Positions 39,520 to 49,596 of a DNA stretch of 64,000 nt are shown in pieces (the first letter of the stretch is position 1; every line of letters starts with the position of its first letter). The notes below the pieces were generated by a model. That model did no database searches. It was given only the letters and a program-made list of their open reading frames with translations, and was not told the DNA's origin. Made by a program: the position numbers and the translations under genes. This stretch comes from Nitrososphaeria archaeon. GTDB lineage: Archaea > Thermoproteota > Nitrososphaeria > Nitrososphaerales > JAAOZN01. The stretch lies in contig JARVJZ010000006.1 in NCBI GenBank assembly GCA_029775855.1, positions 116,570 to 180,569 of the forward strand, written 5' to 3'.

Positions 39520-40548
39520 TTGGAGAGTATGAAAGCAGCGGTATTTAGAGGGGTAAACAACCTCTCGGTAGAAGATAGACCTATACCAGAAATCAGAAGC
39601 CCTAACGATGTTCTACTTGAAATATACGGCTGCGGCATCTGCGGCACAGATCCAAAAATAATAGCTGGGGAGCACCCCGTGGTGCCCGGAATAATACTTG
39701 GCCATGAATATGCTGGCACGGTTGTAAAAGTAGGAGAGAAGGTGAAGAACGTTAAACCTGGGGACCGTGTAACCGTTGATGTTGATATTAAATGCGGCGA
39801 ATGCTACTACTGCAAGACTGGGAGAGAGAACCTATGCCAGAACATCAAGACCCTAGGTGAGCATCTTGATGGGGGATATGCAAAATATAATGTTTCACCG
39901 GCGCAAACACTTTACAAGATCCCAGATGATATGTCATTTGAAGCTGGTATAATGGCTGGACCAATATCTTGCGTGGTTAACGGTGTGAGGAGGGCTCAGA
40001 TTAAGCCTGGAGACACTGTGGTTATTATTGGCGCAGGACCTATGGGGCTGCTCTACCTTCAACTGCTTAAAGACAGTGAAGCAAGCAAGGTTATTGTCTG
40101 CGAGATTAAAGATAAGCGCATCGAAGATGCGAAGCGCTTCGGCGCTAAAATAGTAATAGACCCCAAGAAAGAAGAGCCGGCTGAAGTTGTTAAGAGTTTG
40201 ACTGATGGTAGAGGGGCTGATGTAGTTATAGAAGCCGCAGGCAACCCAACAGCAACTAGACAAGCGCTCTCTATGGTAGGCAGAGGAGGTAGGATAGTGC
40301 TATTCGGCATAAACCCTCAAGGCCAAGAGGTTCCGATACAACCATTTGACATAACCTTTAGGCAGATAGAGATAGTGGGTAGCTTCATCTCAAACTACAC
40401 CTTCCACGCAGCGGTGGACCTCTTAAGCGCAGGTAAATTTGATACACATAATTTCATTACGCACCGAGTCAAAATTACAGATATCCACAGAGGTATGGAT
40501 CTAATGCGTAGAGGTGAATGCATAAAAGTCATGGTGATACCAGAGTAG
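39520..40548 (+). CDS. zinc-dependent alcohol dehydrogenase (MDR family)
   Basis: GICGTD, GHE, CGECYYC...C, GAGPMG. Confidence 0.92.
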   Translation: MESMKAAVFRGVNNLSVEDRPIPEIRSPNDVLLEIYGCGICGTDPKIIAGEHPVVPGIILGHEYAGTVVKVGEKVKNVKPGDRVTVDVDIKCGECYYCKTGRENLCQNIKTLGEHLDGGYAKYNVSPAQTLYKIPDDMSFEAGIMAGPISCVVNGVRRAQIKPGDTVVIIGAGPMGLLYLQLLKDSEASKVIVCEIKDKRIEDAKRFGAKIVIDPKKEEPAEVVKSLTDGRGADVVIEAAGNPTATRQALSMVGRGGRIVLFGINPQGQEVPIQPFDITFRQIEIVGSFISNYTFHAAVDLLSAGKFDTHNFITHRVKITDIHRGMDLMRRGECIKVMVIPE

Positions 40549-40810
40549 TTGCTGGGCTAATATAATAGGTCTTGATCTAGTAAAACCGAAAGAAGTATCA
40601 TCAACCAATATTACTTAATGGGTTTGGAGTCTTGGCACTGTATAGCGGTTGATAATGTTAACCTTTGGAGAGAGTGTAGTTAAGTATTCAAAAATTTTGT
40701 ATTTAAGTTTAAACTTATATTTGTTTTAATCAAAGGTGCAGCAGAGATTAAGATTATGAATATTGGATTGGATAAGAGTCTTATAGATGTTTAACATCTA
40801 AAATCTTGAT

Positions 40811-41692
40811 TTGATAAGCAAACTCGTGGTAAAGTCGACAGTTAAAGAACTTTTGAGGATAGCTTCTGTGGAGCTGCCCAATGATGTGAAGATGGCTTTA
40901 AGAGCTGCTTACGAGCGTGAGGTTGATGCTGTGCCTAAGATGCAGCTTAAAGCTATACTCGACAACATCGATCTTGCTGAAAAGACGGGTATTCCTATGT
41001 GTCAGGATACTGGCATTCATGTGGTGTATGTTAAGTGGGGTGATGTTGATGTTGAGGATTTGGAGGAAGCAGTAAGGGAGGGGGTTGCGGAGGCTACATC
41101 TTCTATACCTCTTCGCCCCAACGCTGTGCATCCCCTAACTCGAAAGAACCCTGGCACGAATGTCGGTTTGCATATGCCCTATATACACATCGATAAAACA
41201 AAGGAGAAGTTCTTGGAGATCACGGTTATGCCTAAGGGGTTTGGTGCTGAAAATATGAGTGCTTTAGCGATGCTAACCCCAGCACATGGACTCAAAGGTG
41301 TTAAGGAGTTTATTCTGCAGACGGTTGTGAAGGCTGGCGGCAACCCTTGCCCACCTGGCATACTTGGTATTGGGATTGGTGGGACGGCTGATGTCGCTAT
41401 GAAGCTCGCTAAGGAGGCTCTGCTTCGTCCACTTGGCTCTAGAAATCCTGATCCAGAGGTGGCTAAGTTGGAGGAGGAACTTCTTGAAGCGTTGAACGGC
41501 TTAGGCATAGGTCCTATGGGTTTAGGTGGTAAGACCACTTTGCTTGGTGTTAACATCGAGGTAGCCTACACTCATACGGCTGGGTTGCCTGTTGCTGTGA
41601 ACTATCAGTGTTGGGCTGCTAGGCGTGCTTCTGCTAGAATATACCCTGATGGTAGGGTGGAGTATACTTCACATAGGAAGAAGGAGGTGTGA
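40811..41692 (+). CDS. class I fumarate hydratase/tartrate dehydratase alpha subunit
   Basis: PMCQDTG, PKGFGAEN, NPCPP, GIGPMGLGG, CWAARR. Confidence 0.92.
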   Translation: MISKLVVKSTVKELLRIASVELPNDVKMALRAAYEREVDAVPKMQLKAILDNIDLAEKTGIPMCQDTGIHVVYVKWGDVDVEDLEEAVREGVAEATSSIPLRPNAVHPLTRKNPGTNVGLHMPYIHIDKTKEKFLEITVMPKGFGAENMSALAMLTPAHGLKGVKEFILQTVVKAGGNPCPPGILGIGIGGTADVAMKLAKEALLRPLGSRNPDPEVAKLEEELLEALNGLGIGPMGLGGKTTLLGVNIEVAYTHTAGLPVAVNYQCWAARRASARIYPDGRVEYTSHRKKEV

Positions 41693-41699
41693 AGATAGT

Positions 41700-42299
41700 T
41701 TGGCTGAGTATAGGCTTACTACTCCGCTTGACGATGATGTTGTTAGAAGTCTGAGTATAGGGGATATAGTTTACCTTACAGGCATAATCTACACTGCACG
41801 AGACGAAGCGCATATACATATCTTAGAAGATTTAAGGCGTGGTCGTGAACTTAAGATATCTTTGAGGGGTGCGGTGATCTACCACTGTGGCCCTATTCTC
41901 AAGCGTGTAAATGGGGGGTGGAGGGTGTTAGCTGCTGGGCCGACGACGAGTTCAAGAATGAATCCGCTTGAACCAGAGTTTATCGAGAAGACCGGCGTGA
42001 AAGGTGTGATAGGGAAGGGTGGTATGTCTAAGCCTGTAGTTGAAGCTTTAGCTAAGCACGGGGCGGTTTACTTATCTTTCACAGGCGGTGCTGCTGTGCT
42101 AGCTGCAAACGGGATAAAGGCGGTTAAAGGTGTTTACTATGAGGAGCTCGGTATGGCTGAAGCTGTTTGGGTGTTTGAAGTTAAAGACTTTGGTCCACTG
42201 ATAGTTGGGATAGATGCGAAGGGTAACTCAATATTTGAGAAGGTGGGCTTGGAGGTTCAGCAGAACATTCAAAGAGTTAGGGAGAAGCTGAGCATCTAG
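41700..42299 (+). CDS. class I fumarate hydratase beta subunit
   Basis: TARDEAH, YHCGP, AGPTTSSRM, IGKGG, LGMAEA. TTG 41700 likely start. Confidence 0.92.
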   Translation: MAEYRLTTPLDDDVVRSLSIGDIVYLTGIIYTARDEAHIHILEDLRRGRELKISLRGAVIYHCGPILKRVNGGWRVLAAGPTTSSRMNPLEPEFIEKTGVKGVIGKGGMSKPVVEALAKHGAVYLSFTGGAAVLAANGIKAVKGVYYEELGMAEAVWVFEVKDFGPLIVGIDAKGNSIFEKVGLEVQQNIQRVREKLSI

Positions 42300-42304
42300 T
42301 TGGG

Positions 42305-43303
42305 TTAAGCGATTCTATAGAGCCTATGTCTAGCGTCTCTTAGATCTTGTGATCTCTTAATAAGACCTTTACTTAGTAGGAGCCTTAGTGCAAGCCTCGT
42401 GGTTCTAGGAGGTAATAGTGTCTTCTCTGAGATCTCCCTCTGCCCTAATGGACCTTCGTATTCAAGCGTCTTTAAAACCAGCTTGGCGCTTGGAGGCATT
42501 TTGAGGAGTTCTTCAGCTAGCTTAACCTTGCGCTTAATCTTGTTTTGGGTAGCCGATGCGCCTATTAGCCTCACAATTTTGGCTGGCGTTGACGCTTTCT
42601 TTGCTTTTACTGTATTCTCAGCCTTAACTCTTACTATACCATCTAGGACAACTTCGCAGTCATATCTGCTGTTGATTTCGCTGATCTCTATGGTTGAAGA
42701 GTCATTTACAACAAGTGGTCTGCGCGTCACATCAACCGAGTTCACGGGCACAAGAAGAAAGACAGCGGCTTTTTGATGCACCATAGGCCCTCCTGCTGAC
42801 ATAGCGTAGGCGGTTGAGCCGGTGGGTGTAGCTAGTATAAGACCATCGCCGTAATCCCTCCAAATGGTTTCACCGTCAACTTTGAGGAGGTATTCTATGA
42901 AGGAGGCGCTTCGGGTTGGGAAGATGGCTACTTCGTTTAACACTGGAGGCAGGTTTCTGTCATCAACTAGCACTTCAAGTCTGGTCGCTTCTTCTATCTG
43001 GTAGTTGGATGACGCTATATCTTGCAGAGATTGTTTAAAGTTTGAGATACCTACCTCTGTTAGAAAACTTTCTCCATCAGCTTCGCTTACACCTAGCACA
43101 GGTATGCTTTCTGAACCGAGCTTCTGGAACACTCTAAGCACATCACCATCTCCGCCTACGACAAGGATCATGTCGTATGCTTTAATGTTCTCAACTGTAG
43201 GTGCTTCTGCAACTTGATGTGTGAAGCCTAGTTTCTGAAGCGTCTCAGAGACCTCTCTTATAACTGGTCCTATTCGCCTCCTAGGTATTACTAGTATCTG
43301 CAT
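42305..43303 (-). CDS. NAD kinase with C-terminal HTH
   Basis: VGGDG, LNEV, GDGLILATPTGSTAYAMSAGGP; C-terminal wHTH. Confidence 0.88.
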   Translation of the reverse strand: MQILVIPRRRIGPVIREVSETLQKLGFTHQVAEAPTVENIKAYDMILVVGGDGDVLRVFQKLGSESIPVLGVSEADGESFLTEVGISNFKQSLQDIASSNYQIEEATRLEVLVDDRNLPPVLNEVAIFPTRSASFIEYLLKVDGETIWRDYGDGLILATPTGSTAYAMSAGGPMVHQKAAVFLLVPVNSVDVTRRPLVVNDSSTIEISEINSRYDCEVVLDGIVRVKAENTVKAKKASTPAKIVRLIGASATQNKIKRKVKLAEELLKMPPSAKLVLKTLEYEGPLGQREISEKTLLPPRTTRLALRLLLSKGLIKRSQDLRDARHRLYRIA

Positions 43304-43392
43304 GGCTGGCTCCTTTTAGAGTCTAACTGTTAGGTTCGATTAATGTCTTTTGTGATTTGCTTATTAGCCTTTTGGCTTAATGGAGGTGAGGC

Positions 43393-44202
43393 TTATTTTC
43401 TTCCCGTTAAGCCGATGGATATAACGCCGTAAGGGCATTTAGAGTAGCAGACGAAGCATTTAGTGCATTCTGCAAAGGTCTTTTCTTCACAAACCATTAG
43501 ACCTTCAGGACAGATTACAGCGCAAGCTCCGCAGCTTCTACATTCTTCTCTCTTAACTCTTGGTTTTATAAAAAAGTTGAATCTGCTGATTAAGGTTAAT
43601 AGCCCAGCTACTGGGCAGATATATTTGCAGAAGAAGCGCTTCTCATACACATTAGCCGCTAAGACAGCGCCAACTATAGCCATCTCAGCACCAGCAACAA
43701 AACTTCCAGCTACAGTGCCTCTACAAATGGTGCCTATTGGGCAGAAGCTACACCAAGATGGTGTCCTTGTTACAGCTGAGGATATTATAACCGCGCTTAG
43801 CGTGAAGTATTTGACTTCTTTACTCCAGATTCTACCTTCTTCTGCCTTAAGTGGGATTCGAGGTCTTCGTTCAACTAGAGGCTTAAACCTTCTCTTATTC
43901 ATGACATGTTCTGTGAATTCGGTTATTGTACCTATGGGGCATGCCCAAGCACACCAAGCCCTGCCTAGAAGAATCGTCACAAATATGAATATTGCAGTAG
44001 CAGATACGAATACTAGAAGTGTGGATTGTGGTATACTTGCTCCACTAGCAACTAGAATTTGAAGGGCACCTAGTGGCTCAACCACTTCTACGCTTCCGAT
44101 GACAAAGCTGCATACCGCGCCCACAACCACAGCGGTGAAAAATATAAAGAAGAATGCTTGTGAAATATGGCGAGTTTTCTGTATAAGTTTCTTAAGGTTC
44201 AT
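43393..44202 (-). CDS. NapH/MauN-like membrane Fe-S protein
   Basis: GRAWCAWACP, FCPIG, RFFCKYICP, two C-terminal 4Fe-4S motifs. Confidence 0.85.
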   Translation of the reverse strand: MNLKKLIQKTRHISQAFFFIFFTAVVVGAVCSFVIGSVEVVEPLGALQILVASGASIPQSTLLVFVSATAIFIFVTILLGRAWCAWACPIGTITEFTEHVMNKRRFKPLVERRPRIPLKAEEGRIWSKEVKYFTLSAVIISSAVTRTPSWCSFCPIGTICRGTVAGSFVAGAEMAIVGAVLAANVYEKRFFCKYICPVAGLLTLISRFNFFIKPRVKREECRSCGACAVICPEGLMVCEEKTFAECTKCFVCYSKCPYGVISIGLTGRK

Positions 44203-44837
44203 ACTTGACCCCTTCTACTCCTCAACCTTTGCCCTTCAGATGTGTAGTCAGACAGTTTAACGCGTATAGCCTTCTCCGGCACTGGACAAATGTATTCACA
44301 CTGCTGGCATCCTACACAGACAGAGCGGTTAACCTCTACCCCTCCTCTAGCCGTTATCTTCACAGCGTCGAAGACACATATATCGACACACCTATAGCAG
44401 ATATTATGAGTCCAAGCTAGGCAGAGGCTTCGATTAACTTCAGCCTCACCCATCTTAAGCTCTTCTACATCTACGCTTTCTAAGGCACCAGTGGGGCAAG
44501 TGTCTATGCACCTAAAGCAGAGCTCAGCAGAAGACTTAATCCTCTTAAAGGCTCTATTCTTGGATGGTGTGGGCTCCACTAGATCAAGGTAGACTGCACA
44601 GTATCCATCTAGAATAGGTGTGCCTAGAGTAAATAGGCTGCTGTTATCAGGCTTAATTCCTTTAGTGGGGCATACATCTGCGCACCTATTACATCTTATG
44701 CATAAAGAGAAGAAGTTATCTTCATTTACTACACCTGGTGGTCTAATCGCTTTGCTCTGCCTTATGTTAGTTAGAGTTAGGGTTATTGAGAGCGCTAAGA
44801 AGCTTGTTATTGACAGTAGGAAGCCTCTGCGGTTCAA
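44199..44837 (-). CDS. NapG/MauM-like polyferredoxin with Tat-like signal
   Basis: MNRRGFL, IRPPG, CIRCNRCADVCP and further 4Fe-4S motifs. Confidence 0.85.
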   Translation of the reverse strand: MNRRGFLLSITSFLALSITLTLTNIRQSKAIRPPGVVNEDNFFSLCIRCNRCADVCPTKGIKPDNSSLFTLGTPILDGYCAVYLDLVEPTPSKNRAFKRIKSSAELCFRCIDTCPTGALESVDVEELKMGEAEVNRSLCLAWTHNICYRCVDICVFDAVKITARGGVEVNRSVCVGCQQCEYICPVPEKAIRVKLSDYTSEGQRLRSRRGQV

Positions 44838-45042
44838 CTTATTTCAACCAAGCCATTAAATTGTAAGCTAGATATATGAAAACTTCTGTTATAGAATATA
44901 TATTAATGGTCTTTTTTGAAATATTTAGGTTTACTAAATTTATAAGATATTTGCGACTGCATATAGAGGAGTGGTGTGGGTTTTGATTATTATTTAGTGG
45001 AGTCAACAATAAATCTCCAACGACGCAAGTGTTTTAAATGCC

Positions 45043-46143
45043 TTATCGGAAGAAGAAGGGGTTGCTTCGTATTGCAAATATGTAGATGAGGGCTGCGATA
45101 ACCCATACTAAGATGAACATAATCTTTCTACTCTTGGAGAGGGGTGAGACATCGTCAAGAGGCTTCATTTCAGGGCTTCTCATCGAGAGGATTAGTATGA
45201 GGATAGCCATTAGTTGAAAACCTGTTATAAAGAGCACAGCTATACTAGCGTATGTGAGGATTTTATGCAGCTTTGGGCTTAAAACGGCTCTAGCCACATG
45301 CCCCCCATCCAGTTGCCAAGCTGGCATAAGGTTTAGGAAGGTTATGAGAAAGCCGAGTGAAGATGCGAAGATTAGGGGTGAGAGTATTATTCCCGTGCCT
45401 ACTCTTTGTGGGGCGAATATAGAAAGAAGGTACGCTGTGAAGATGTCAAGGTTGGATACCATTAAAAGTTTACCCGCAGCAGCTTGCCTACTCAACTCTT
45501 CAATAGGCACAGCTGCAGAAGTTAAAGCTCCACCTACAGCAACCAGTAGTGTGACTGCTAAACCAGCTAGAGGACCTGAGATGCCTAAGTCGAAGAGTGA
45601 ATCTCTATTAGTAGGTGGTTCGCTTGAGGTGATAACAGCTCCTAAAGTTGGTAGGGCTCCTGGTATGCCGGGTATGAAGTAGGGTGAAGATGACTTGACA
45701 CCGTGTAGTGCGGATGCTATTTTATGCCCCATTTCATGCACGCCGATTATCCCCATAATTCCTACTGCGTATAATCCAATCATAAGAGGTAGGTTCCCCG
45801 GGTAGTTTGAGGATTTAAAGAAGCCGTCAGCTGCAACTGTGCCTAATGTTGCCAAAAGTAGTATAAGGTTTAGTCTTAAGCCTCTTTTTTTTACTTCAGG
45901 TTTTCTAAACGCTATGAGGGTTAGATAGCCTTCGCCTCTCCTCAACACAGCAAGGTAGCCTAAGGGTTTAATTTCTTTGATTAGTTTTAGGAAGGCTAGC
46001 TTGTTCCCCCCATCTTCTTCTACTTCAAATTCCACTGCTCCCTGCTCCCTGAAGTATTGGTTTCTAATGTGGAATAGGGTTTTAACCTTCTCCGCTACCA
46101 TCCTCTGCTCGATGTAGAAGGTGCTTGAGGAGTCTTCAGCCAA
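45043..46143 (-). CDS. M50 site-2 protease family metalloprotease
   Basis: HEMGH, GPLAG, NLMPAWQLDGGH. Confidence 0.92.
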   Translation of the reverse strand: MAEDSSSTFYIEQRMVAEKVKTLFHIRNQYFREQGAVEFEVEEDGGNKLAFLKLIKEIKPLGYLAVLRRGEGYLTLIAFRKPEVKKRGLRLNLILLLATLGTVAADGFFKSSNYPGNLPLMIGLYAVGIMGIIGVHEMGHKIASALHGVKSSSPYFIPGIPGALPTLGAVITSSEPPTNRDSLFDLGISGPLAGLAVTLLVAVGGALTSAAVPIEELSRQAAAGKLLMVSNLDIFTAYLLSIFAPQRVGTGIILSPLIFASSLGFLITFLNLMPAWQLDGGHVARAVLSPKLHKILTYASIAVLFITGFQLMAILILILSMRSPEMKPLDDVSPLSKSRKIMFILVWVIAALIYIFAIRSNPFFFR

Positions 46144-46239
46144 CTTCCATGCTTAGATTCGATAGAGATGCTGTTAAGTATTGTGGTTAAGAGATGAGTT
46201 TATGTGTAAGTTGATAGAGGGTTTGATTGCGACTTACAT

Positions 46240-46743
46240 ATGCTTGCTAGGTGGGTTGGCGAGTATCTGATTAGACCGTGCACCGAAGATGATATAGCGA
46301 GCGTGATATCGATAAATCTTGTTTCTTTGCCTGAACATTATAGTGACTACTTCTTTGAGGAGCTGAGGAGAGAATCTCCTGAAACCTTTCTCGTCGCAGA
46401 AAAGAATGGTGAAGTCGTGGGCTACATAATGTGTAGAATCGAGTATGGCTTCTCAAACCTAAAGAGGTTCAACCTAGTTAAGAAGGGGCATATAGTCTCT
46501 ATAGCGGTTTTAGAGCAGCATAGATCCAAGGGTATTGGGACCGTGCTACTTCAGGAAGCTATTAAGGCGATGGTTAAGAAAAAGTGCGCTGAAGCCTATC
46601 TTGAAGTAAGAGTTTCTAATGAGGGAGCTATTTCACTATATAAGCGCTTGGGATTCATCATAACATCTAAAATCGACTTCTACTATAAGGATGGGGAAGC
46701 TGCTTATGTCATGACTTTGCCCTTAGAAAAGATGGGGCAGTAG
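46240..46743 (+). CDS. N-terminal acetyltransferase (Ard1/RimI family)
   Basis: LPEHY, KGHIVSIAV, GIGT, LEVRVSN..AI.LY, YYKDGE.A. Confidence 0.92.
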   Translation: MLARWVGEYLIRPCTEDDIASVISINLVSLPEHYSDYFFEELRRESPETFLVAEKNGEVVGYIMCRIEYGFSNLKRFNLVKKGHIVSIAVLEQHRSKGIGTVLLQEAIKAMVKKKCAEAYLEVRVSNEGAISLYKRLGFIITSKIDFYYKDGEAAYVMTLPLEKMGQ

Positions 46744-46758
46744 GAAAGAAGAGGGGGT

Positions 46759-48402
46759 TTGGCGACACTATTAGAATTTGCTGAAGTATGCGAAAAGATC
46801 AAATTAACTACAAGCAAGAATCAGAAGGTAAGCATATTAGCAAACTACCTACTTAAACTTAGTAGAAATGAACTACCTATAGCCTGCAGACTCCTTACAA
46901 GCAAGGTCTTTCCACCTTGGGATACTAGAGCAGTAAACATAAGCTACTCTACAATCTCTGATGCCATCAAAGAGATTACAGAAGTAAGTGAAGATAAGCT
47001 CAAAGCAACCTACATCAAATACGGCGACTTAGGAGAAGCCGCTGAAGAGCTGATGAAGGGGAAGAAGATCACTACCTTAATACAGAACACCCTTACGCTT
47101 CAAGATGTCTATAGCGCCTTAGATACCGCAGCCTCAAAGAAAGGAGAAGGAGCAACTGAAGTCAGATTAAGGGTGTTGAAGGGGCTGCTCGCTCTATGCA
47201 GCCCTATTGAAGCCAAGTATCTTGTTAAAGTTCTCTGCGGTGAGATGAGAATAGGATTAGATGAAGGGCTACTTGAAGAAGCTCTTGCTGCAGCCTATGG
47301 GCGTAGTTTAAAGCAGGTTAGAGAGGCTGGTTTGATAGTTGCTGACATAGGTGAAAGCGCCTTAGTCGCTTTAGATGGAAACTTTGATGCTGTTAAACTT
47401 AGTGTCTTTCACCCCACCAACTTCATGCTTGCTGAAGAGATGCCCTCTCCTCAAGAGGTAGCAGACTATTTCCGATGTGATTTATATGCTGAGTATAAGT
47501 ATGATGGTGTAAGGGCGCAGATACATAGTAGTGGCAAAGAAGTTCGAATATTTTCTCGCCGCCTTGAAGATGTGACGAACAGCTTTCCTGAATTCTCTAA
47601 ACCATTTAGTGATAAAGCGGTAATACTTGATGGTGAGATAGTTCCCTATAAGGATGCACCACTACCGTTCCAGATGCTGCAGCGTAGACTACACCGCAAA
47701 GAGATTACAAAAGAGCTCTTGGAGGAGACACCCGTGGTATACTTTGCCTTTGACATACTCTACTACAACGGAGAAACTTACATCAGCAGACCTCTGAGGG
47801 AAAGGAGGATGATTTTAGAAGGTCTTAATCTACAGCCACCACTATATTACGCCAACCAAATTAAAGTCAAGCTCAAAGAGGATATAGAAGAGGCTTTCGA
47901 AGCGAGTCTAAAGCTTGGCTACGAGGGGTTAGTAATCAAGCATCCAGATTCAGTATATACTCCCGGAAAGAGGGGTAAAAAGTGGGTTAAACTCAAAAAG
48001 GAACTTGCTACCTTAGATGTTGTGATAGTTGCTGCTGAGTATGGGCATGGTAAGAGGGCTGGTGTACTCTCAGACTACACCTTCGCGGTTAAATCTGAAG
48101 ACGGGCTTAAGGTAATAGGGAAGGCTTACAGCGGCTTGACCGACAAAGAAATAGACGAGATGACAAAAATTTTAAGCGCTATAACGGTAAAGGATTTAGG
48201 GCATCTTAAGATCGTTGAACCTAAGATCGTTTTAGAGGTGGCGTTCAACAACATACAGAAGAGCAGCAGACACAGCAGTGGATACGCTCTAAGATTCCCA
48301 AGAATCAAAAGAGTAAGATGGGACAAGAATGTTGATGAAATAGACACAATAGACAGAGTTAAAGAGATATACGAGATACAAGCATATAAGAAAATGCTAT
48401 AA
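46759..48402 (+). CDS. lig: ATP-dependent DNA ligase
   Basis: EYKYDG.RAQIH, LDGE, FDILY, EGLVIK, W.KLK, LRFPR. Confidence 0.95.
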   Translation: MATLLEFAEVCEKIKLTTSKNQKVSILANYLLKLSRNELPIACRLLTSKVFPPWDTRAVNISYSTISDAIKEITEVSEDKLKATYIKYGDLGEAAEELMKGKKITTLIQNTLTLQDVYSALDTAASKKGEGATEVRLRVLKGLLALCSPIEAKYLVKVLCGEMRIGLDEGLLEEALAAAYGRSLKQVREAGLIVADIGESALVALDGNFDAVKLSVFHPTNFMLAEEMPSPQEVADYFRCDLYAEYKYDGVRAQIHSSGKEVRIFSRRLEDVTNSFPEFSKPFSDKAVILDGEIVPYKDAPLPFQMLQRRLHRKEITKELLEETPVVYFAFDILYYNGETYISRPLRERRMILEGLNLQPPLYYANQIKVKLKEDIEEAFEASLKLGYEGLVIKHPDSVYTPGKRGKKWVKLKKELATLDVVIVAAEYGHGKRAGVLSDYTFAVKSEDGLKVIGKAYSGLTDKEIDEMTKILSAITVKDLGHLKIVEPKIVLEVAFNNIQKSSRHSSGYALRFPRIKRVRWDKNVDEIDTIDRVKEIYEIQAYKKML

Positions 48403-48460
48403 CAAAAATGTTCATAGAAAATGATATATATTGATGCTCTTAAGCACTATCTGAGCGCAT

Positions 48461-48745
48461 TTGGATAAGGATAGAGCGATTGGTGTCCTACTTGTTGTAG
48501 CTGGAGTTATTGGCATAATAGTTTACGGGCTTCTGCTCTGGAATCCTTGGACAGGAACACTTTACACCATGACCGTGTTAGCTATAACAGCGTTTGTAGC
48601 GGTAGCAGCCCTCTTAGGTATCGTCGCTTGGATAGGCTGGACTATGGCTACAACACCACCCCCACCACCAATAGAAGCAGAAGTTCCAACGAGCGACCAG
48701 CAGTCAACCGGAGAAACCAAAGAAAGCGAATCTAAGAGCAGCTAA
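48461..48745 (+). CDS. small conserved archaeal 2-TM protein
   Basis: Two TM helices ending AWIGWTMATTPPP. Confidence 0.75.
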   Translation: MDKDRAIGVLLVVAGVIGIIVYGLLLWNPWTGTLYTMTVLAITAFVAVAALLGIVAWIGWTMATTPPPPPIEAEVPTSDQQSTGETKESESKSS

Positions 48746-49596
48746 TCGACTTTAAGATCCAAAACTACTTGCGCCAGCCTAGGCCCTACATCCCTTACAA
48801 CACCAGCATAGTCTACATTAAATCTAAATAGTGCTTTATTGCTAATGTGCTCTATCGCCTTAAGAAGAGGGTCTTCACTAACTTCATAAAAGATGTGTTC
48901 ATAATAGTGTATGATGCCTTTACCTCCTTTTAGTGCTGAATATGCGTCTGAGAGGTAGCTTAGGGCCTTTTCTGGGAGTGGCATAATCACCCTATCAGCA
49001 ACTTGTTGTAGAGTGTTGCGTATGACTTTAGCCGCATCTCCTAGTATAGGTATCACCTTTCCTTCAACTTTATTCAGCTTAATGTTTTCTTGCATATATC
49101 GGTAGGCTTCGGGGTTATTATCTATCGAATAGACTCTAACTTCTCTAACCTTCTTTGCTATCAAAATAGAGTAGGGGCCTACACCAGCGAACATGTTGAT
49201 GACTACTTCCCCTTCTCTGACTTGGTTGGCTACTCTCAACCTCTCAGCAGACAGCCTTGGAGTAAAGTAAGCGGTGCGTAAATCTACTTTATAGAGGCAT
49301 CCGTGCTCCTTATGAATAGTTTCAAACTTAGGTTCACCAGCCAGCACCTCAAGCCCTCTGAGCCTATACTCGCCTTCCACTGGCGTGGTCTGCTGTAAAA
49401 CTGTTTTCACACTCTTTACCGCTTTCAACAAAGATTCCGCTATCAGATGCCTTTTAAGCATAAGAGGTTCCGGTATCTTAAGAACAGCTATATCCCCGAT
49501 GATGTCAAACCCAGCATAAAGTGATTTGAGCTCGCTCGCGGTGAGCTTATCTTTTAACACCTCTTTCAGAAGCCTACCCAAACTATTCAGCAGCAC
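48742..49596 (-). CDS. Trm5/Met-10+ family tRNA methyltransferase
   Basis: FDIIGDIAV, HKEHG, F.PRLS.ER.R, MFAGVGP, DRVIMPLP. Confidence 0.88.
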   Translation of the reverse strand: MLLNSLGRLLKEVLKDKLTASELKSLYAGFDIIGDIAVLKIPEPLMLKRHLIAESLLKAVKSVKTVLQQTTPVEGEYRLRGLEVLAGEPKFETIHKEHGCLYKVDLRTAYFTPRLSAERLRVANQVREGEVVINMFAGVGPYSILIAKKVREVRVYSIDNNPEAYRYMQENIKLNKVEGKVIPILGDAAKVIRNTLQQVADRVIMPLPEKALSYLSDAYSALKGGKGIIHYYEHIFYEVSEDPLLKAIEHISNKALFRFNVDYAGVVRDVGPRLAQVVLDLKVD

